DNA of 64,000 nt, from positions 32,001 through 96,000 of the IMG/VR virus record IMGVR_UViG_3300045988_173816, one strand, 5' to 3'. The notes under the pieces are model-generated. The model ran no database searches. It saw nothing but the letters and a program-made list of their open reading frames with translations, and had not been told where the DNA came from. Below, in pieces: positions 27,512 to 37,486 of this stretch. The stretch is from a virus. How positions within the stretch are numbered: the first letter of the stretch is position 1; each line of letters begins with the position of its first letter. The position numbers and the translations under genes are program-made.

Positions 27512-28126
27512 ATGATTACAGAAGAATTGGACTACACAGATTTGAAGAGAGTTTTCTATGATGAAAATTCTCAAACTCCTAGTACACAAAGGTTTAATGA
27601 ATTACTTAAAGAAAATGATATTGACTTTGAGGTTTGTATTAGTAGAGAAGATAACCACTTATACATGTACACGGAGTTTCTAAAAAGACCATTATTTAAG
27701 TCTCGATATACCTGTGATGACAACTCTTGGGCATCCAACCAAACCAAACTCATTCCATTGTATAAAGTTTTAAAAACTTTTAGTTCTGATATTAAACATG
27801 GAAAGTTTGAATTTTCAACAAAATCTGAACTTGCCTTTGTTTATGCTAAAGAATTTGAAGTAAATTTGGAGCTTTTAGATAACGATGAGGTAAAAATTAC
27901 TCTTACTTATTACTACAAAAGAGGGAAGTTTTCTTCTTTCGATTTTAATGTAGGAGAAGGTTTTTTGACTGTTTATTCTACTGAGTGGAGTGGTTCTAAT
28001 CAATTTTGTTTTGGTTTAACTGAGATAGTGCCTTTGAGTGATTTTACAAGTTCTACACTTTATCATTTGAAAGTTAAACTCAAGACTAACTTAAAAGCTT
28101 TAGGGTATAATCTTTGGGAGGATTAA
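27512..28126 (+). CDS. hypothetical protein
   Basis: 204-codon ORF with RBS AAAGGA. Confidence 0.55.
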   Translation: MITEELDYTDLKRVFYDENSQTPSTQRFNELLKENDIDFEVCISREDNHLYMYTEFLKRPLFKSRYTCDDNSWASNQTKLIPLYKVLKTFSSDIKHGKFEFSTKSELAFVYAKEFEVNLELLDNDEVKITLTYYYKRGKFSSFDFNVGEGFLTVYSTEWSGSNQFCFGLTEIVPLSDFTSSTLYHLKVKLKTNLKALGYNLWED

Positions 28127-28129
28127 ATT

Positions 28130-28939
28130 ATGAAAACAACAGAAGAATTGAGAAAAGAAGTAGAAAAGTTGAGACGAGAAGAGTTTGATGCTTGTTTAGA
28201 CTTTTCTCATGAAATTAAACCTTTAGAGGAGCAATTAAAGGCAGCAAAACAAGGCGATTTGCTTTTTGAAGATGTTCAATTACAAAGTAAACTTGCGTAT
28301 GTAAATGATTTACTCAGCAATAGCGGTATCCCACTTGTGGTTGCTCGCAAGTCTGATGTGTTGGGAATTACTTCAAAAGAACAAACCTTAAATGTTTATA
28401 AACAACTTGGTTTGTTTTTTAGAAATAATTATGATGTAGGACTTCAGCTCTTAGATTCTTTTGAGGTTGCAGAGTCGGTTGGAGAATTATTAGCTCAACT
28501 GAACTTAGTGGAACAACAACTAGATTTTCTAGGTTTCTTGTGTTCTTTAAATCCAAATTGGGAATTTCCACCTTACTTCATAGGTACGCTTGGTGAAGAA
28601 GTTTCCCTTTTATATTATGAATTGGGAGGTTTTCCAGTCATTGATACAAAGTTGCTTGTGTCTTATGACAAAGAAACTGACCGCTATACAGTTAAGCTCA
28701 AAAACCTGATAGAGTGGTTCTGTGAAGAAGATGTTGAAGTGCCTTCTGATACATTTAAAGATGTCAAAACAACTGTAGGTTTTAAGGACGTAGAGAGTTT
28801 GACTTTAACTGTTAGTAAAGAAGGTGTTCGCTCTACCGATTTAAAGAGCGCCTTAGAAGAACTGAAAGCTCGCTTGTTAGAACTCAATGAAAAAGGTAAA
28901 GACAAAGTACCTGTGCAGATTACCTTAGTTACAGAATAG
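28130..28939 (+). CDS. hypothetical protein with N-terminal coiled coil
   Basis: 269-codon ORF. Same size and architecture as 26692-27486 and 36239-36976, though similarity was not verified. Confidence 0.55.
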   Translation: MKTTEELRKEVEKLRREEFDACLDFSHEIKPLEEQLKAAKQGDLLFEDVQLQSKLAYVNDLLSNSGIPLVVARKSDVLGITSKEQTLNVYKQLGLFFRNNYDVGLQLLDSFEVAESVGELLAQLNLVEQQLDFLGFLCSLNPNWEFPPYFIGTLGEEVSLLYYELGGFPVIDTKLLVSYDKETDRYTVKLKNLIEWFCEEDVEVPSDTFKDVKTTVGFKDVESLTLTVSKEGVRSTDLKSALEELKARLLELNEKGKDKVPVQITLVTE

Positions 28940-28953
28940 AGAAGGAGATTTAC

Positions 28954-29634
28954 ATGATTGATTTACTAAAAACAAAACCGAACTTGATTTGCGAGTCTGA
29001 GACTGTCTTTGATTGGTTAGAGGGTAAGCTACTCGTTACTGGTTCGCTACTGTCTTTTTTGGATGCATTAGAAGTTCATGATATACCTTACTTTGTAGTT
29101 CTAAATTTAGAGGGTATCGTCAGTCCTCCGACTTTTTTAACTGTCACTTTACAAAACCCTTTAGCTTGTTCTAAACGGACAAACCTTAACCTAGCGACTT
29201 ATTACCGTAGTCTCGAATCCCAAGAGGAAAGCTTGGACTTATTTAACACTTTAAGATCTTATGTGCCTTTGATGGAAGTTCTCTATACTTATAACAAAAG
29301 AAAACCAAATTTGGTTATAAATTACACTGAGATACTTCAAGGTGTAGTTACCATGAGTTACTATGACTTCTCAGTTCGTTTGACTCATGATTCTAAATTT
29401 GGACTAACAGATGTATTTGTAAGTACCTATTCAGACACGGCTAACTACTTTGAATTGAAAACTCAAGGTGCACAAGGTTCTCCATTAGTTGTTCAACTTT
29501 CTGTAGATGAACAAACTGAGTTAACGCTTACAAGTAAGAATAACTATGTACGTTTGAGTCTTTTAACTGAGACTTTGGACTCTATGTTCTCAGACCTTGC
29601 GCAGTACAAAGAAACGGGTCTTAAAATTGATTAA
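28954..29634 (+). CDS. hypothetical protein
   Basis: 226-codon ORF with RBS GAAGGAG. Confidence 0.55.
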   Translation: MIDLLKTKPNLICESETVFDWLEGKLLVTGSLLSFLDALEVHDIPYFVVLNLEGIVSPPTFLTVTLQNPLACSKRTNLNLATYYRSLESQEESLDLFNTLRSYVPLMEVLYTYNKRKPNLVINYTEILQGVVTMSYYDFSVRLTHDSKFGLTDVFVSTYSDTANYFELKTQGAQGSPLVVQLSVDEQTELTLTSKNNYVRLSLLTETLDSMFSDLAQYKETGLKID

Positions 29635-29651
29635 AAGAAAAGGAAGTAAAC

Positions 29652-30353
29652 ATGAAACAAAAACTAAAACAGTTCGCCACTTCTCAGTGGTTCGATTTAC
29701 TAGGTGTAGTGATGGTTCTCACCATAGCAATTTCTGCAGGGTATCATACTAAATGGCTCAACCAGTTAGTTGATTGGGGTGCTTGGACTGTCTTCATTCC
29801 TTTTGGTTGGATTTCCGTAGTAAATGTAGTGATTTCTATGATGTCCACTCGATTTACGGGAAAATTGAGTAAGTTAGGAAATTATCTTGGAATTATCAAT
29901 GCAGTTTTGTCTGGTTTGATTGACTACATTTTGGGTAACAAAGCTGCGATTATCACTTACCCAGTAACTTTCTTGATTTATCTAGGGGCTATTTATTGGT
30001 GGGGTAAATCACAAGAGGGGAAAGCGAATACGTTGTCTAAAGCTCAACTTAATTGGATTGTACCAGTTATGATTGTGGGTTCTTTTGCCTTTTCTTATTG
30101 GACTAACTACTTGGGGTATCAGGGAAATATGAACCCTCTCGCTTATGTAACAACTGTAGCATTTGCTTTGTCTTTGGTGGCTAATGGTTTGAATGTACTT
30201 AAACTCACAACTCAATGGAGTTTTTGGTTGTTTTATAACTTCGTACAATTAGCAAAAGCACTTATTCAAGGGAACTTTGCTAATGTTGGTAAATATATTT
30301 TCTATATTCTGAATAGTCTTGGTGCTTTGTTTATTTGGAAGGACAGTGAATAA
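29652..30353 (+). CDS. pnuC: PnuC-like nicotinamide riboside transporter
   Basis: About 7 TM segments in 233 aa. Trp-rich signatures IYWWGKSQ and TQWSFWLFYNFVQL are typical of PnuC. Confidence 0.6.
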   Translation: MKQKLKQFATSQWFDLLGVVMVLTIAISAGYHTKWLNQLVDWGAWTVFIPFGWISVVNVVISMMSTRFTGKLSKLGNYLGIINAVLSGLIDYILGNKAAIITYPVTFLIYLGAIYWWGKSQEGKANTLSKAQLNWIVPVMIVGSFAFSYWTNYLGYQGNMNPLAYVTTVAFALSLVANGLNVLKLTTQWSFWLFYNFVQLAKALIQGNFANVGKYIFYILNSLGALFIWKDSE

Positions 30354-30354
30354 A

Positions 30355-30615
30355 ATGGGTGTTGAATTAGGTAAACAATTAGAAGATAAAGTAGTTATTT
30401 TAGGTAGGACTTCTGATGACTACTTTAAAGATACTCGTAAGTTAGATTTCTTGCTGGGACGTCTTTCTTCCCAACTTTCTTCTGAAGTTATTGATTTAAC
30501 TACTAGAAAGAGTGGGTTAGATTGTCTAATTGAATATAATGATATGATTCGAAAACTACATAGTAAAAACTTTGATTGGCTCAAGAATAACAGAAGTTGG
30601 ATTCGTAAATTTTAG
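30355..30615 (+). CDS. hypothetical protein
   Basis: ATG 30355 (MGVELGKQ...) overlaps the pnuC stop. The track start 30319 is less likely. Confidence 0.45.
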   Translation: MGVELGKQLEDKVVILGRTSDDYFKDTRKLDFLLGRLSSQLSSEVIDLTTRKSGLDCLIEYNDMIRKLHSKNFDWLKNNRSWIRKF

Positions 30616-30635
30616 AAAGGTAAAGGTGTTAGTTG

Positions 30636-31097
30636 ATGGTAGTAGAAGATAACTTTGCAGGTCAGCAAGACTTACTGTCTCAAAACTCTTTTTATATGAA
30701 CTTAGGTAAGGATAAGGTTGAGTACCTTTTTAGTTCTATGGAGAGAGCTAAGCAAGTTTCAAATCTTGTGGGAATAGCAGAAAGTTTAGGTTTAAAACAT
30801 TCTCAAAATTTTGTAGATACTCTTGCTATTCGAGTCAATTCTAGCTTTTATATCTCGCAAGATTTGGATGGAAATATTTATATGGTTGGGAAGTATTCAG
30901 ACTTCACCTATATTTCATCTGATACTATAAAAGAGCTAGTCTCAGAGGGGTATGACTTGGAGTTGGATGGTCTTCTAATTTTGATAACTACAAACAAAAG
31001 TGAAACTGAACGAGAACAAATAGAGTCTCTAAAGGCTTTAGGGGATAAGTATCCTCTTGGTTTTTCTAGGTTTAACTCTAATGTCACAAGTCAGTAA
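30636..31097 (+). CDS. hypothetical protein
   Basis: ATG 8 nt after AAAGGTG. Confidence 0.5.
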   Translation: MVVEDNFAGQQDLLSQNSFYMNLGKDKVEYLFSSMERAKQVSNLVGIAESLGLKHSQNFVDTLAIRVNSSFYISQDLDGNIYMVGKYSDFTYISSDTIKELVSEGYDLELDGLLILITTNKSETEREQIESLKALGDKYPLGFSRFNSNVTSQ

Positions 31098-31508
31098 ATG
31101 GGTAAGGATATAGATATGACAATAATTTTCACAAAAGCAGACATAGAGTCAATGTATATGACTCTTGAAAAATTAGGTTCAACCTTTGATGAAAAGCAAT
31201 TGCAGTTTAAATTAGATGTCTTAAAAGCACGTGGTTTTTACATTGTAGATATTTCTTTGGTATCTTCTCATGTAGGTTCAACTTTCAATACAAATACTTA
31301 TCTTATTCGAGTTGTAAAACCTAAGTACGAAGTTAAAATTGAAAACCAGAACTATGATTCTGATACTAATAATTGGACTTCAACAGGTTCTAAATCGGTA
31401 GGTCTTTATTCTTCGCAGGAGGTTGCTCAAAGGGTTGTTGACAATAAAAAGAAAGATGGTTTCAAAGCAACTATGGTAGTTCATAGTCCTTTAGATTTGC
31501 CTTTATAA
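31098..31508 (+). CDS. hypothetical protein
   Basis: 136-codon ORF abutting the previous stop. Confidence 0.5.
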   Translation: MGKDIDMTIIFTKADIESMYMTLEKLGSTFDEKQLQFKLDVLKARGFYIVDISLVSSHVGSTFNTNTYLIRVVKPKYEVKIENQNYDSDTNNWTSTGSKSVGLYSSQEVAQRVVDNKKKDGFKATMVVHSPLDLPL

Positions 31509-31524
31509 GACAAAAGGGGTTTTT

Positions 31525-32025
31525 ATGGTGTTTTACACTGACTTAAATCATCATCAACGTAGTTTAGTAGATTTAGGGTTGATTTTACATGTTGTTTATA
31601 CTTTAAGCAACTTACCCTCTCTAAGTGAAGTTTCTTCTTGTATCAATGTAACTACTGAAGGCTTACATAAACATATTATTTACACAGATGAATACGGAAA
31701 CTGTTTAGAATTTGAGCTTTCAACGAAGATTTGTTCTTCTAAAGCTAATCAAGTTATACGGTTTATGGCTTTTCACTTTTATCATGTTTGCTTTCCAGAT
31801 AATAAATTAACTGTTGATTTAGGAGGACAAATATTGAGAAGTTCTGATATTTCTTTTAAATTAACAGAGTTTATTTGGTATAAAATCTTTGGGGAGTCTT
31901 CTCTTCTCATGAAGAGATTGTTGTTTAGCAGAGATGATTTTCTTGCTTGTTTAAACAAGGATGATACCGAATTAGAGGTACTGATTCAAACTTATGTAGA
32001 TAAAATTGTTCGTGAGGTTAAGTAA
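31525..32025 (+). CDS. hypothetical protein
   Basis: 166-codon ORF with RBS AAAGGGG. Confidence 0.5.
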   Translation: MVFYTDLNHHQRSLVDLGLILHVVYTLSNLPSLSEVSSCINVTTEGLHKHIIYTDEYGNCLEFELSTKICSSKANQVIRFMAFHFYHVCFPDNKLTVDLGGQILRSSDISFKLTEFIWYKIFGESSLLMKRLLFSRDDFLACLNKDDTELEVLIQTYVDKIVREVK

Positions 32026-32026
32026 A

Positions 32027-32065
32027 GAGAGGATTTCCTCAGCGGTATCCTCTCATTTCTTTTTG
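32027..32065 (+). terminator. terminator cassette containing GGTATC
   Basis: Stem GAGAGGAT (32027-32034) / ATCCTCTC (32047-32054) with a T-rich tail. GGTATC at 32044-32049. Confidence 0.6.
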
Positions 32066-32090
32066 CCATTAAAATTCTTTATGTTTTCTC

Positions 32091-32119
32091 TTGCTTTTTG
32101 TAACGTTATGTTGTACAAT
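32091..32119 (+). promoter_or_regulatory. sigma-A-type promoter
   Basis: TTGCTT, 17-bp spacer, TACAAT (32114-32119). Confidence 0.5.
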
Positions 32120-32172
32120 AATTTAAACAATTATGTTTGTACACAAATATAAAAATAGTAAAGAGGTATTAT

Positions 32173-35100
32173 ATGTACAATAAAGTTCAACATGAAGTAA
32201 AAGGCAGAGGTTTCATGCGTAAGACCAACTTAGGTTTGTTGTGTGGTATTGCACTTGCAGGAGCTGTGGTTTTCGGAAGTCAGTCTGTTTCTGCTGATGA
32301 AGTTCCGACTCAACCTAGCACAGAGACAGCGGTATCGCCAGAAACTTCGGTAAATAAACCAAATACCCCAGTTGAAACTAAACCCACAACTGAGGTTAAA
32401 CCAAATTCAGAGGTTAAACCTGTAATTGAAGGTAAGAAAGTTGTAGTCGATAATGGGTTAACAAAAGTTGCTTCTGAGTTAGAAGCGTTAGGGGCACCTG
32501 TAACTAAAGAAGAAACTAAAGATTTGGGTGTTGCGAAAACAGATGCTGAGCTTTCTTCTTTAAAAACTAAAGCAGAATCCGAAGTAGCAACTCAGTTGAA
32601 AGATTTAACAGAGTTGAAAACTAAACTTCAAGAAAATGAGAAATTAACCTCTGCTAATTTAGAAAAGTTACGTACGCAATTAGGAGATAAGGCTCTTTAT
32701 AAAAATGTTGCAACGCAACTAAACTATTTACAAGATGTGGATTATCTAGACAAGAAAACGGAATTGACCAATATAACATCGTCTAAAGGTTCAGTTACAT
32801 ATGCAAATAATTCTAAAGATGAGGTTAACCTTAACGTTGATGATGTTAAAGTTAATTACTTTGCTACTGAAGGTTTTGTAGAAAGTGATAAACCTAAGTC
32901 TATTAAATATTCTTTATTTAATAAGTATAAGGAGTCTTTAGTTTCAGCTGCGAGTCCAATACAAGATAAAAATCACGCTAATGGTATTCCAGTATTTCTA
33001 AAAGAAGGTGAATCTGTAACTTACGATGTTAAGTTTGCAAAAGATTCCAAATTGTCTCAATTAGGTATTTCGTATAAGAGAGTTACTGTTACCTTAAAAA
33101 GTCGAGGTGCTACAGAAACTTCTGTACCTCATACTTTAACATTCTTAACTTCACACGGTTCAAGTGAGGAAGCAGGTGGTATTTCCCACAATTGGAATTT
33201 TAAAGATGCTATATCTGGGAAACCTTTTGAGACAGAAGTTATTTATGATTATTTCAACGACAAAGGGGTTAAACTATCTAACGGTGAGTTAGGTGCTGCG
33301 GTATATAATAAGATTGTATTTAAGGATAACATTGTAGATAAAACTTTCTTCTCTAAAGATAGTTTTGTTTTAGAACAGGCAAGAAAAGAATCTAAGACAT
33401 ACCACAACTATACATATAGAAATGAGCTTGGTGGGGAACACTTTTTAAAAATCACCGACCGGTTTTTCTCAAAACAAGGGGATGAAGAGGCTTTAGCGAA
33501 TTTCACAGTTTTTACAGGTGAGCCACTGCAACCTATAGATGCTTCTCTTTTCCGTAAACCTGAAATTTCTAAAGTATCTTATCATTTAGTCTCATATACT
33601 GACAACCGCAACGCAGACGCTACTCCAAACAACCCAGCAACACCTACAGTTAAAGGTTCAGTAGTTCAGAAGTTTGTAAGTGATAAAGGTATCGAGCTTG
33701 CGAAGTCAACTTCAACTGGAGAAAAACCAGAGGGTGAAGCTCTTACTTTGAGTCACCCTAATGAGATTTCTAATGGCGGTAAGATTTATGTATTTGTAAG
33801 TCAAGACAAACCAGATCCTAAGAAAATCACTAAGGGTGAGACAGTTGTTACTTATGTCTACAAAGAGAAAGAAGCGGTTAAAGGCTCAGTAACTCAGAAA
33901 TTTGTAGACGATAAAGGTAAAGAAATTGCTAATGTTGTGAAAACAGGTGATAAACCAGAAGGTTCTGATTTAAACCTTACACATCCTAAAGAGATTACAT
34001 TCCAAGGTAAAACTTATATTTTTGTGAGTCAAGATAAACCAGATCCTAAGAAAGTCACTAAAGGTGAAACAGTTGTTACTTACACTTATAAAGAAAAGGA
34101 ACAACCAAAACCAGAAGCAAAAGGTTCAGTAGTTCAGAAATTTGTAAGTGATAAAGGTCTTGAGATTAAAGAGCGTACTAATACAGGTGAGCAAAAGGAA
34201 GGCTCTTCGGTATCCCTTTCTCACCCTAATGAAGTTACATTCCAAGGTAAGACTTATGTATTTGTAAGTCAAGACAAACCTGACCCTAAAATGATTGCTA
34301 AAGGTGAAACTGTAGTTACTTATGTTTATAAAGAAAAACCTGCACCTGTTTCTAACGGTTCAGTAACTCAAAAATTTGTGGATGAGACTGGTAAAGAGAT
34401 TTCTAACTCAGTTAAAACCGGAGACAAACCTGAAGGTTCTGACTTGAACTTAACACATCCGAAGGAAATTACATTCCAAGGTAAAACGTATGTGTTTGTA
34501 AAACAGGATAAAGAAACACCTAAGAAGGTTGTTAAAGGTGAAGTAGTTGTAACATATACTTATAAAGAAAAAGAACAACCAAAACCTACACCTACGGTAG
34601 AGATTACTACAATTTTTGTAGATGAAAATGGAAAAGAAATTTCTCCTAAAGAGAAAGGTACTCAACCTCCTAAACCAATTGAGGGGTATGTTTACAATCC
34701 ACAACATCCTAAGAACAAGGAAGACAAGAACGGTGAGACTGTCCGAGTTTATAAGAAAGTTCAAAAGGGTGGAGTCGTTCAACACTTTGTAAACGAAGAA
34801 GGTTCTAAGATTGCAGAGTCTATTTCAAACTTAAACTTAGAGGTTGGTTCTAAACTAGATTTGAAACGCCCAACTGAGATTACATCTGAGGGTAAAACGT
34901 ATGTATTTGTAAAACAAGACAAAGCTACTCCGACTGAGGTTTCAAACGGTATCGTTGAAGTGACTTACACTTACAAACTTAAAGAAACTCCAACCCCAAC
35001 TGTTGAATCTACTACAATCTTTGTAGATGAAGAAGGTAAAGAAATTTCTCCTAAAGAGAAAGGTACTCAACCTCCTAAAGCTATTGAGGGGTATGAATAT

Positions 35101-35619
35101 GACTCTACAAATCCTAAAAATAAAGAGGATAAAGATGGGGAAACAGTTCGAGTTTACAAGAAGGTTAAATATGGAACTGTTGTTCAACGTTTCGTAGATG
35201 AACAAGGTAAAGAGCTTCAATCTTCTGTACGTACAGGTCGTTTGAAACTAGGTTCTAAGTTAGAGTTGACTTTCCCTAAAGAGTTAACGGTTGATAAAAC
35301 TAAGTATACATTCAAGAGTCAAGACAAAGAAACACCAAAAGAAGTAACTTCTGAGGGTGAGCTTGTCGTTACTTATGTGTATGCTAAAGAAGCAACACCT
35401 GTTGTTCCAACAGAAACTCCAAGTAAACCGTCTACGATTGTACCAGAAACTAAACCTTCGGTATCTGATTCGAATGGTGCGGTTACTACACCAACTACAA
35501 ATGTGAATAAAGCTGAGCTTCCAAACACAGGTAGCAGTGATTCTGTATCTGCTGCTATTGCAGGAGTTGGGTTATTGACTTTAGTTGCTTTGAGTGGTCG
35601 TAGAAGCAAAGAAGATTAA
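32173..35619 (+). CDS. LPXTG-anchored surface protein with MucBP-like repeats
   Basis: Signal peptide ...LLCGIALAGAVVFGSQSVSA. C-terminal LPNTG plus a hydrophobic segment plus RRSKED. Nine or so repeats of about 55-80 aa, type GSVxQKFVxxxGKEI...GKTYVFV...VVTYxYKEK. ATG 32173 after AAGAGG is preferred over the track TTG 32137. Confidence 0.85.
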   Translation: MYNKVQHEVKGRGFMRKTNLGLLCGIALAGAVVFGSQSVSADEVPTQPSTETAVSPETSVNKPNTPVETKPTTEVKPNSEVKPVIEGKKVVVDNGLTKVASELEALGAPVTKEETKDLGVAKTDAELSSLKTKAESEVATQLKDLTELKTKLQENEKLTSANLEKLRTQLGDKALYKNVATQLNYLQDVDYLDKKTELTNITSSKGSVTYANNSKDEVNLNVDDVKVNYFATEGFVESDKPKSIKYSLFNKYKESLVSAASPIQDKNHANGIPVFLKEGESVTYDVKFAKDSKLSQLGISYKRVTVTLKSRGATETSVPHTLTFLTSHGSSEEAGGISHNWNFKDAISGKPFETEVIYDYFNDKGVKLSNGELGAAVYNKIVFKDNIVDKTFFSKDSFVLEQARKESKTYHNYTYRNELGGEHFLKITDRFFSKQGDEEALANFTVFTGEPLQPIDASLFRKPEISKVSYHLVSYTDNRNADATPNNPATPTVKGSVVQKFVSDKGIELAKSTSTGEKPEGEALTLSHPNEISNGGKIYVFVSQDKPDPKKITKGETVVTYVYKEKEAVKGSVTQKFVDDKGKEIANVVKTGDKPEGSDLNLTHPKEITFQGKTYIFVSQDKPDPKKVTKGETVVTYTYKEKEQPKPEAKGSVVQKFVSDKGLEIKERTNTGEQKEGSSVSLSHPNEVTFQGKTYVFVSQDKPDPKMIAKGETVVTYVYKEKPAPVSNGSVTQKFVDETGKEISNSVKTGDKPEGSDLNLTHPKEITFQGKTYVFVKQDKETPKKVVKGEVVVTYTYKEKEQPKPTPTVEITTIFVDENGKEISPKEKGTQPPKPIEGYVYNPQHPKNKEDKNGETVRVYKKVQKGGVVQHFVNEEGSKIAESISNLNLEVGSKLDLKRPTEITSEGKTYVFVKQDKATPTEVSNGIVEVTYTYKLKETPTPTVESTTIFVDEEGKEISPKEKGTQPPKAIEGYEYDSTNPKNKEDKDGETVRVYKKVKYGTVVQRFVDEQGKELQSSVRTGRLKLGSKLELTFPKELTVDKTKYTFKSQDKETPKEVTSEGELVVTYVYAKEATPVVPTETPSKPSTIVPETKPSVSDSNGAVTTPTTNVNKAELPNTGSSDSVSAAIAGVGLLTLVALSGRRSKED
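33650..35390 (+). repeat. in-frame tandem coding repeats (MucBP-like modules)
   Basis: About seven long and two short (TTIFVDExGKEISPKEKGTQPPK) modules are visible in the translation and as recurring DNA blocks. Confidence 0.8.
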
Positions 35620-35653
35620 AATTTAGATTTATTTCTGAATTAGAATGTTAGTA

Positions 35654-35690
35654 AAAGAGAAGTTTACCTAGTGGTATCTTCTCTTTTTGT
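35654..35690 (+). terminator. terminator cassette containing GGTATC
   Basis: Stem AAAGAGAAG..TACC-tagt-GGTA..CTTCTCTTT followed by TT. Near-identical cassette at 36144. Confidence 0.65.
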
Positions 35691-35719
35691 TTAACAAAAT
35701 AACTTAATTTTGATATAAT
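35691..35719 (+). promoter_or_regulatory. sigma-A promoter with extended -10
   Basis: TTAACA, 17-bp spacer, TGaTATAAT (TATAAT at 35714-35719). Confidence 0.55.
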
Positions 35720-35749
35720 TTAATTAGTAAAATAAGAAAAGGAAATAAT

Positions 35750-36133
35750 ATGGTTAAACAAAGTACAAAATATGTAACAGAGACTATTTATGGTACGCAC
35801 TCTTTCACAAGTGAATCAGTAGCTCTTGCATTTGAAACTTTAGCAGATAAAATTATGTTCGAGTTTACTTTAAAGATAAAACAAGCAGGTGATGATTGTT
35901 TCAGGTTTAAAGTTAATAATCGTTACGATTTAGTATTTTCTGAGGATTTTGGACTTCGTTTAGTTGAAGAATATGACCCAGAACCTTATGTTTCAACTAG
36001 AAAGTTGTTAGACCTTTATGAGAAAGGTTTGATCTATGAACTTGACCGAGGGGTTGTTAGTTTGAAACTTGCAGAAAGCTTTGATTTAGAAAAAGCTTTT
36101 GAGCGGTATCTTCAGCTTGCGAAAGATATTTAA
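35750..36133 (+). CDS. hypothetical protein
   Basis: 127-codon ORF bracketed by promoter and terminator cassettes (monocistronic unit). Confidence 0.5.
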   Translation: MVKQSTKYVTETIYGTHSFTSESVALAFETLADKIMFEFTLKIKQAGDDCFRFKVNNRYDLVFSEDFGLRLVEEYDPEPYVSTRKLLDLYEKGLIYELDRGVVSLKLAESFDLEKAFERYLQLAKDI

Positions 36134-36143
36134 AGAATGTAAA

Positions 36144-36179
36144 AAGGGAGATTTACTTAGTGGTATCTTCTCTTTTTCT
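36144..36179 (+). terminator. terminator cassette containing GGTATC
   Basis: AAGGGAGAT...GGTATCTTCTCTTTTT. GGTATC at 36162-36167. Confidence 0.55.
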
Positions 36180-36208
36180 TTGACAAATTTCGTCTTTTTT
36201 GATATAAT
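36180..36208 (+). promoter_or_regulatory. sigma-A promoter with extended -10
   Basis: TTGACA (36180-36185), 17-bp spacer, TGaTATAAT (TATAAT at 36203-36208), then AAAGAAA. Confidence 0.7.
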
Positions 36209-36238
36209 AAAGAAAATTAGAAAAGGAAGTAAACTAAC

Positions 36239-36976
36239 ATGGATTTAATTGACGTTATAGACACTCGCTTACTAGACTTACAGAGTGAAATGTCTAAATT
36301 GCAAACCTTAAAAGAGCTTGAACAAAGAAAACAAGTTCAGAAAGTTGAGATTCCCTTACTAACTTTAAGTGAAAAGTTACAACAAGAGCTTGATAGTTTG
36401 AACTCTACATTACGTTCTAAATTACAGATGGAGATTGTAGTAAACCACATTTTAGGTACACTACAACTGGTTCAACATTGTTCTGATATTTCGTACACTC
36501 TTGCAATTTATTCTGAGAAAGAAGTGCGCGCTAAAATGGAAAGAATGTTAGGTACTGCAACTACTAGGAGTCCTATCAAATATTGGTTCAATTATATTTC
36601 TGGATTGATTAACGCTTTTCAAGTATTAGTTGAATTAACGGGTGGTAACTTCTATAAATTTGATATGCAGTGTGACTTTACAAACTCTTTAATTACCTTT
36701 ACTTTCAATCAATTTCAAGTGGTTGTGACTACTATTTCTAGTGTCAGTATTGAACGTGTTGAAGTTTCTAAGAAGGTCACAGGTTCACAAGCTCAAAGGT
36801 TTAATTTAGGTTCAGCGGGTTTGGTGCTTGATTTTTCAAATTTCGCTAATGATCCACTCACTGCGAAAATTACTGTTCCTTGTAAAATTTACTCTAACTC
36901 AGCAGTTCTAACAAAGGTAAATGAAGCTATGGAGAAGATTGAAAGCTTTTTACATAGTGCAAGAATACCAGTGTAA
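36239..36976 (+). CDS. hypothetical protein with N-terminal coiled coil
   Basis: 245-codon ORF with RBS AAAGGAAG. Confidence 0.55.
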   Translation: MDLIDVIDTRLLDLQSEMSKLQTLKELEQRKQVQKVEIPLLTLSEKLQQELDSLNSTLRSKLQMEIVVNHILGTLQLVQHCSDISYTLAIYSEKEVRAKMERMLGTATTRSPIKYWFNYISGLINAFQVLVELTGGNFYKFDMQCDFTNSLITFTFNQFQVVVTTISSVSIERVEVSKKVTGSQAQRFNLGSAGLVLDFSNFANDPLTAKITVPCKIYSNSAVLTKVNEAMEKIESFLHSARIPV

Positions 36977-37041
36977 ACCCTCTAGGGTATCCCAAATTTC
37001 TTTGGGTTTTCCTATATTTTAGAAAGGAAATTATAAATAAA

Positions 37042-37476
37042 ATGAAGTTAGATAATTTTGTCAACTTAAACAGCGGTGTTAAATCAAAGAAACAAGTAGT
37101 TGCTTATGATACTGAAACTTCTTATGATAACTCACTTATACCTACAATTACGGTTTCTTTCAACAATATAACTTTAGACTCTAATGATTCGAAGAAGTCT
37201 ACTGAGGTTATAAAGCTACCTTCTTCACTAACTAAAACAACAGCTCCTTGTGATAGATGTCATCGTAAAGCTAAACGATTGTTTTTTGTAGATCAACACG
37301 GTTTGATTTACTTTGTTTGTCACACTTGCTACAAAGATTTGTATACAAGTCCGAGTAAAGTTACAAAAAGGGTTGTAGACCTAAGTAAGTTAACTATTAA
37401 CTCACAACTGAAATCTGAGGGAAGACAGTTGAAAAGCCAATTAAACAAAAGAAAACGAAATAGAAAGAACAAATAG
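37042..37476 (+). CDS. zinc-ribbon protein with basic tail
   Basis: CDRCHRK...VCHTCYK (two CxxC pairs) and a C-terminal KRKRNRKNK tail. Confidence 0.5.
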   Translation: MKLDNFVNLNSGVKSKKQVVAYDTETSYDNSLIPTITVSFNNITLDSNDSKKSTEVIKLPSSLTKTTAPCDRCHRKAKRLFFVDQHGLIYFVCHTCYKDLYTSPSKVTKRVVDLSKLTINSQLKSEGRQLKSQLNKRKRNRKNK

Positions 37477-37486
37477 GTTTAAATAG

